A stretch of 39,632 nucleotides of DNA. Origin: Candidatus Kaiserbacteria bacterium. Lineage in GTDB: Bacteria; Patescibacteriota; Minisyncoccia; Phycocordibacterales; UBA2100. Made by a program: the position numbers and the translations under genes. Under the pieces are notes generated by a model that was not told where the DNA came from, searched no databases, and saw only the letters and a program-made list of their open reading frames with translations. The number at the start of each line of letters is the position of its first letter. Positions within the stretch are counted from its first letter, which is position 1. The stretch is taken from the NCBI GenBank assembly GCA_027066795.1, contig JAMONA010000023.1, forward strand, positions 1-39,632. The letters are read 5' to 3'. Of the stretch, positions 35,435 to 39,632 are shown one piece after another.

Positions 35435-36442
35435 TTATTTATTCAAATGCTTTATAGCTGCTGTGGTGGCTACTCTTCCGCGTGGTGTGCGCTCTAGGAG
35501 TCCTAGCTGTATTAAGTATGGCTCGTGCACCTCTTCTATAGTGTTTGCATCTTCTCCTGTGGCTGCAGCCAATGTAGAGAGTCCTACTGGACCATTATTA
35601 AACTTGTTTATTATGACATCTAGCAGCTCTCTATCAGAGTGGTTGAGTCCGAGCTCATCAACCTCTAAGAGCTCTAGGGCTTTATGTGCGGTGTCAGAGT
35701 CTAGTGTGCCACCGTTTACCTCTACAAAATCACGACAACGCTTAAGTAGATAGTTGGCAATGCGCGGGGTGAAGCGACTACGCTTGGCTATCTCATTTAT
35801 TGCTGAGTCCTCTAGCTTTACCCCTAGTATCTTAGCGCTGCGCTTTAATATCTCCTCTATTTCTTCTTTATTATAATACTCAAGACGGAAAGAGCCGCCA
35901 GAGAAGCGACTACGTAATGGTGCTGAGAGTCCAGCCACTTGAGTGGTGGCTGCCACAAGAGTAAAGGGCGGTAGCTCTAGCTGTAAAGTGCGGGCTGATG
36001 GGCCCTTGCCTATAATAATATCCAAGGTACCACTCTCCATAGCAGGGTATAGCACCTCCTCTATGGCTTTATTAAGCCTATGTATCTCATCTATAAATAG
36101 TATGTCACCCTTATTAAGGTTGGTTATTATTGAGGCTAAGTCACCGACCTTTTCTATAGCTGGGCCACTAGTAAGCTTCATCTGTGCCCCTAGTTCACGG
36201 GCTATAAGGTGGGCGAGTGTTGTCTTGCCAAGTCCTGGAGGGCCGTAGAAGAGTATGTGCTCAGGTGGTAGCTTGCGAGCCTTGGCGGCTGTGAGTAGTA
36301 TATGTAAGTTATTCTTAACCCTCTTTTGGCCTATATAGTCAACCCAGGCACTTGGTCTAAGGTCGGAGTCCAGAGAGCCTGACTTAGGCGAATCTGTATG
36401 GCCCTTGTCAGTGTTGATGTTTTGGTTATTAGGTGTTGACAT
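35435..36442 (-). CDS. ruvB: Holliday junction branch migration ATPase RuvB
   Basis: LRPSAWVDYIGQ, GPPGLGKTTLA, LFIDEIHRL and TPRIANYLLKR. Confidence 0.96.
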   Translation of the reverse strand: MSTPNNQNINTDKGHTDSPKSGSLDSDLRPSAWVDYIGQKRVKNNLHILLTAAKARKLPPEHILFYGPPGLGKTTLAHLIARELGAQMKLTSGPAIEKVGDLASIITNLNKGDILFIDEIHRLNKAIEEVLYPAMESGTLDIIIGKGPSARTLQLELPPFTLVAATTQVAGLSAPLRSRFSGGSFRLEYYNKEEIEEILKRSAKILGVKLEDSAINEIAKRSRFTPRIANYLLKRCRDFVEVNGGTLDSDTAHKALELLEVDELGLNHSDRELLDVIINKFNNGPVGLSTLAAATGEDANTIEEVHEPYLIQLGLLERTPRGRVATTAAIKHLNK

Positions 36443-36464
36443 GTTGCAACTTGTGTGCTATTAT
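36436..36464 (+). promoter_or_regulatory. Near-consensus sigma70 promoter TTGACA-17-TATTAT with TG extension
   Basis: TTGACA 36436-41, a 17-nt spacer ending in TGc (36456-58), and TATTAT 36459-64. No protein gene lies downstream on this strand. Confidence 0.7.
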
Positions 36465-36469
36465 CGTGC

Positions 36470-36645
36470 CCGTTAGAGCATACAATTCTCTAAATGACCC
36501 ACAATATGAATCTGGTCAAGGAAGAAGCGGTATAAGGTTTCGACCAAACTACTGCGACTATCCTCAGATTATATTCAGCTTTCATTATTGTTTCTCTCCC
36601 CGAGATTCACGAAAGTATCATTTAGAGAATTGTGTGCTTTTATTA
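36470..36645 (+). ncRNA. Unclassified structured ~170-nt RNA (three-way junction closed by a 23-bp helix, U-tract at the 3' end)
   Basis: 36475-36497 pairs with 36618-36640 (23 bp). The two non-Watson-Crick positions are G-U only on the plus strand. Inner helices are 36503-14/36565-75 and 36579-83/36611-15, with hairpin 36593-96/36602-05. Followed by TTTTATTAT. Confidence 0.55.
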
Positions 36646-36750
36646 TACCACAGCAATTCTTACAACTGACACTACCAGAGAGGAGAGCAGTAGGCAAATT
36701 AAATAATAGTTAGAAAACAAACCTTGCTAACTGGCAATAGACTAAATGGC

Positions 36751-38442
36751 TTACTCTCTAAACAAATCCTCAGTAAGGTCAACTACTCTAGTTAATTCTT
36801 CTAAACTTGTGATACCCTCAAGGGCCTTTACTATGCCGTCCTCTGCCATGCGGCGTATACCTTGTGGCTTGGCTGCACGCCATATATCAGCTTCACTAGG
36901 GTTATTACGCACAGCCTCCTCTACAGCTGGGTCTACTAGTACAGCTTCGAGTATTGCAACTCGGCCCTTGTAGCCACTCTTGCCACATTTGTCACATCCT
37001 CCATCAGCTGGGTGCCATAGAGTATCTCTGTTAGTTGGTAAGTCTTCAGGTCGTGGTATGTTTTTTAAAATCCTTCCAACTGTCTCTTGCTCTTGCTTGT
37101 CCATAGGCTTAGACACTCGACAATGCTTGCATAATCTACGAGCAAGTCTCTGAGCCATAGACACTGAGAGTGCTGCACCTATACTCTCTGGCGCAACGTC
37201 TAAGTCTATAATGCGGGGGAATGTTCCGGCAGCGTTGTTGGTGTGTAAAGTAGAGAATACAAGGTGGCCGGTAAGTGCAGCATTAACCGCTGTGGAGGCT
37301 ACATCAGGGTCTCTAATCTCACCAACCATTATTACATCTGGGTCTTGGCGCAGTATGGCGCGCAGTCCATCAGCAAAGCTATAATTTTTAGTTATTTGAG
37401 TCTGTACTATTCCAGGTAGGTGGTACTCTATAGGGTTCTCAAGGGTTATAATCTTAATGTCAGGACTGTTTACTTTATTTAAGAAGGCATACAGTGTAGT
37501 AGTCTTACCTGAGCCTGTGGGTCCAGTGTTTAGTATCATGCCATTTGGTTTGCTTATTTCGTAGAGGAAGAGCTTTTTAAGGTGCTCATCCATACCTACG
37601 GCGTCAATATCTAACCCTAAGGCTGCTGGATCTAAGATACGTAGCACGATGCTCTCGCCATATGCCCCAGGTATCACCGAGGCTCGTATCTCTATCTCAC
37701 TCTCGCCAACTTTAATACTGAAGCGGCCATCTTGTGCGGTGTTAGACACATTTATCTTCATGCCTGCTAAGAGTTTTATACGAGAGCGCAAAAGCTTGTA
37801 TACATCACTATCAAAATCCATGACGTTAGTAAGTACACCATCAAGCCTGTAGCGCACATGTATATAGGAGTCCTCGGGCTCTATGTGCACATCAGAGGCG
37901 CCAAGTGCCAAGCTGCCACCTAGTAGTACTTCAAGTATACGCGATACTCGGTGTGATTTAGAGCTTGCTAGTGCCTCGCCTATGTTTACCTTTATGTCCT
38001 CTATGTTTTTTAGGTCGGTCTGCATAGAGGTTATAGTCTCAGACGACAGGTTAAGTACACCTCCCTCAGCTGCTGCGGCATACGAGAGGTCCTTATAATG
38101 CCCCCACGCATGCTCAAGACTGCGCACAGAGACCATAAAAAGCTTCACATCATAACCAAGGCTCTTAACTCTCTCTATCTTCTCTATAGTGTCGGCTCGC
38201 TTAGGGGAGCGAGCAGCTATATATACAGTCTTTACCACCATTTTAAAGGCTGCTAATTCAGACTCTCTTGCGTCTGCTTCAGGTATTAATTTTAAGGCGT
38301 CTGTGCTTATACCTTGGCGAGTTAGGTCTACATAGCCCACTCCATATTTTTTAGAGAGTATCTGAGCGAGGCTCTCCTCCTCTTTGATGTGTAGCTCCTC
38401 TAGGCGGGCTGTTTGTTTAGTATCATTAAATTGTACAGACAT
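36751..38442 (-). CDS. pilB: PilB/GspE-family secretion/type IV pilus assembly ATPase
   Basis: T2SSE N-domain (LAQILSKKYGVGYVDL), Walker A GPTGSGKTTT, and a tetracysteine CKHC...CDKCG. ATG 38442 (M39 of the ORF track) lies 7 nt after TGtTATCAT. Confidence 0.9.
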   Translation of the reverse strand: MSVQFNDTKQTARLEELHIKEEESLAQILSKKYGVGYVDLTRQGISTDALKLIPEADARESELAAFKMVVKTVYIAARSPKRADTIEKIERVKSLGYDVKLFMVSVRSLEHAWGHYKDLSYAAAAEGGVLNLSSETITSMQTDLKNIEDIKVNIGEALASSKSHRVSRILEVLLGGSLALGASDVHIEPEDSYIHVRYRLDGVLTNVMDFDSDVYKLLRSRIKLLAGMKINVSNTAQDGRFSIKVGESEIEIRASVIPGAYGESIVLRILDPAALGLDIDAVGMDEHLKKLFLYEISKPNGMILNTGPTGSGKTTTLYAFLNKVNSPDIKIITLENPIEYHLPGIVQTQITKNYSFADGLRAILRQDPDVIMVGEIRDPDVASTAVNAALTGHLVFSTLHTNNAAGTFPRIIDLDVAPESIGAALSVSMAQRLARRLCKHCRVSKPMDKQEQETVGRILKNIPRPEDLPTNRDTLWHPADGGCDKCGKSGYKGRVAILEAVLVDPAVEEAVRNNPSEADIWRAAKPQGIRRMAEDGIVKALEGITSLEELTRVVDLTEDLFRE

Positions 38443-38449
38443 TATTATA

Positions 38450-38459
38450 ATGATAACAT
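38450..38459. promoter_or_regulatory. Quasi-palindromic 10-mer ATGATAACAT serving as overlapping divergent extended -10 elements for pilB and tsaE
   Basis: Plus strand: TGaTAACAT (38451-59), 6 nt, ATG 38466. Minus strand: TGtTATCAT (38458-50), 7 nt, ATG 38442. Confidence 0.5.
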
Positions 38460-38465
38460 GCAACC

Positions 38466-38921
38466 ATGGAGCGCAGAGAGTATATAGTGAATAATGAGCA
38501 GAGCATGCAAGAGTTAGTACTTGAGGTACTAAACCGAGCTCACTTGCTTGCAGCACCTACTGCTGCAGTCTTGGCACTTAATGGTGACCTAGGTGCTGGC
38601 AAAACAACCTTTACAAAAGCCTTAGCTAAAGAACTGGGCGTACAAGAGTCAGTAACCAGCCCAACATTTGTAATACAAAAGTCATATGACATACAAAAAG
38701 ATAACAGCAATTTCAAAAAAATAGTGCATATAGACGCCTATAGACTAGAGAGTGGGGCAGAGGCCGAGGTACTTGGCTTGACTGCGACCATGGCAGACAG
38801 CACAAATTTAGTGGTAATAGAGTGGGCAGAGAACATTAAGAGCGCGCTGCCGCAGAGTGCTATAAGTATAGACTTTAAATATATAAATGAGACAACAAGA
38901 GGAGTGACGATTTGTTCATAA
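38466..38921 (+). CDS. tsaE: tRNA t6A37 biosynthesis ATPase TsaE
   Basis: LNGDLGAGKTTFTKALAKELGV, SPTF and HIDAYRL motifs. Confidence 0.9.
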   Translation: MERREYIVNNEQSMQELVLEVLNRAHLLAAPTAAVLALNGDLGAGKTTFTKALAKELGVQESVTSPTFVIQKSYDIQKDNSNFKKIVHIDAYRLESGAEAEVLGLTATMADSTNLVVIEWAENIKSALPQSAISIDFKYINETTRGVTICS

Positions 38922-38924
38922 CTA

Positions 38925-38953
38925 TTGACAAATAGAGAATCGTGTGGTAAAGT
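38925..38953 (+). promoter_or_regulatory. Full promoter TTGACA-17-TGgTAAAGT
   Basis: TTGACA 38925-30, TGG 38945-47, TAAAGT 38948-53. The ~90-nt leader has an 8-bp hairpin (38994-39001/39010-39017). Confidence 0.55.
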
Positions 38954-39048
38954 ATTCAGCAAGTGGGGGGATTGTTTTTTTGAAAATAACCTGTCTTGTG
39001 TCCCTCACTACACAAGAGATGGTTTAAATAAATATGGAGAATATCAAA

Positions 39049-39534
39049 ATGAAACGTTTTTGGGTTGTATTTGCGGTACTTTTTTCTCTTTTGATGGCCA
39101 GCGCAATCGCGCCGGTATCAGCTGGTAATGTTAATTCTGTACAAAATATTGTACAGAAAACGGATGAATTTCAAGGTTTGGTAAAAGTCGCGATTGGCGA
39201 CTTTGGGAAACTAATTCCAGAAATGAAGGTCGAAGAAAAAAAGGGCAACAAAAAAGTCTCACCAGACATGGTGGTGAAAATAAAAAAAGTGGCTGGTAAA
39301 TTTAACATCCTTGTCGTTGAAGGGATGACCTTAGTAGAGGAGTACTCTGTTATTCGTGACCGCCTGGTGTCAGAACTCCTGGTCTGCGGGAAGAAGAATG
39401 ATTACCAATGCATCCTTGAAAAAGGAGAACAGGTTGTCTCAATTGGTGACATGCATCTGCGCATGGTCGAGCAGCTAGCAACGCTTCATTTTTATGGCCA
39501 AATCTTTACGAAAATAGATAACCTATATTATTGA
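39049..39534 (+). CDS. Small secreted protein (161 aa) with atypical codon usage
   Basis: Signal peptide MKRFWVVFAVLFSLLMASAIAPVSA. GGAG lies 9 nt upstream of ATG 39049. Isoleucine is mostly ATT/ATC, and CTG/GCG/CGC codons are frequent, unlike the rest of the window. Confidence 0.6.
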   Translation: MKRFWVVFAVLFSLLMASAIAPVSAGNVNSVQNIVQKTDEFQGLVKVAIGDFGKLIPEMKVEEKKGNKKVSPDMVVKIKKVAGKFNILVVEGMTLVEEYSVIRDRLVSELLVCGKKNDYQCILEKGEQVVSIGDMHLRMVEQLATLHFYGQIFTKIDNLYY

Positions 39535-39557
39535 ATATAAGTTTTCTAAGAAGGCTT

Positions 39558-39584
39558 GGCAGGGTGGTGATAAGTCACCCTGCC
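39558..39584 (+). terminator. Stem-loop after the last ORF (no U-tract)
   Basis: GGCAGGGTG (39558-66), a 9-nt loop, CACCCTGCC (39576-84). Confidence 0.4.
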
Positions 39585-39632
39585 GTAAAGCACCTATCCA
39601 GTTGATTCTAATATAATAGAATTGGCTCGGTA

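Noticed and set aside
36511-36538. Possible SRP RNA domain IV (GGUCAAGGAAGAAGCGG resembles GGUCAGGUCCGGAAGGAAGCAGC)
   Set aside because: No helix closes a GNRA tetraloop, and the symmetric-loop geometry cannot be drawn. The similarity is probably purine-rich coincidence. It needs a covariance-model test.
36473-36642. MITE interpretation of the 22-bp inverted termini flanked by TTA on both sides
   Set aside because: This is not excluded. However, G-U-only asymmetry, nested internal helices, a consensus promoter directly upstream and a trailing U-tract favour an RNA gene. No second copy is in the window.
36433-36669. 78-aa plus-strand ORF across the ruvB-pilB spacer
   Set aside because: It begins upstream of the promoter -35 box and overlaps the ruvB start. 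The region is better explained as a structured RNA.
620-38556. Longest-ORF starts at 620, 4734, 7443, 10545, 21298, 26051, 26217, 32569, 38556 and 39034
   Set aside because: These extensions overlap neighbouring genes or promoters, or use TTG. They add non-homologous N-termini. Internal ATGs fit family N-termini and the -10-to-ATG spacing rule.
1-39632. CRISPR arrays, tRNA/rRNA genes, transposases, integrases, prophage genes
   Set aside because: No spaced direct repeats were seen, and no T-loop or cloverleaf-like sequence in the intergenic regions read. No ORF carries recombinase or transposase motifs.

Overview
The window looks like the chromosomal origin region of a small, moderately AT-rich, reduced bacterial genome. 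Assigning it to Patescibacteria/CPR is an inference from gene content and protein idiosyncrasies; nothing was searched. The housekeeping genes are confident calls: rplL, tuf, rpsJ, murA, uvrD/pcrA, rsmA, jag-yidC-rnpA-rpmH, dnaA-dnaN, a class A PBP, ruvC, yebC, ruvB, a PilB-type ATPase and tsaE. Perfect DnaA boxes lie upstream of dnaA, and an AT-rich, box-bearing dnaA-dnaN spacer marks oriC.

The most interesting region is a 14-kb, 13-gene co-directional cluster (10629-24546) between rsmA and the jag-yidC operon. It combines a VirB4-like ATPase, a stand-alone copy of the VirB4 N-domain, a PrgI/VirB3-like protein, and a VirB6/TrbL-like polytopic protein with a ~550-aa coiled-coil tail. It also has a T4SS-pilin-like protein fused to a cysteine-rich domain, plus eight secreted, membrane or soluble proteins I cannot place. 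The window contains no relaxase, coupling protein, VirB11, integrase or att repeats.

Two further signals are visible directly in the sequence.
- Gene starts show a recurrent architecture: TGnTAnnnT (extended -10), then 6-9 nt, then ATG, with almost no Shine-Dalgarno motifs. This implies widespread leaderless mRNAs and independently supports several revised start codons.
- An orphan transcription unit lies between ruvB and pilB. A near-consensus TTGACA-17-TGcTATTAT promoter drives a ~170-nt RNA closed by a 23-bp helix plus U-tract.

Other observations:
- a membrane fatty-acid desaturase;
- a long acidic extension on L7/L12;
- broken ribosomal-operon synteny;
- two SD-led genes that look atypical for this genome.

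No rRNA, tRNA, CRISPR array, transposase or integrase was seen.
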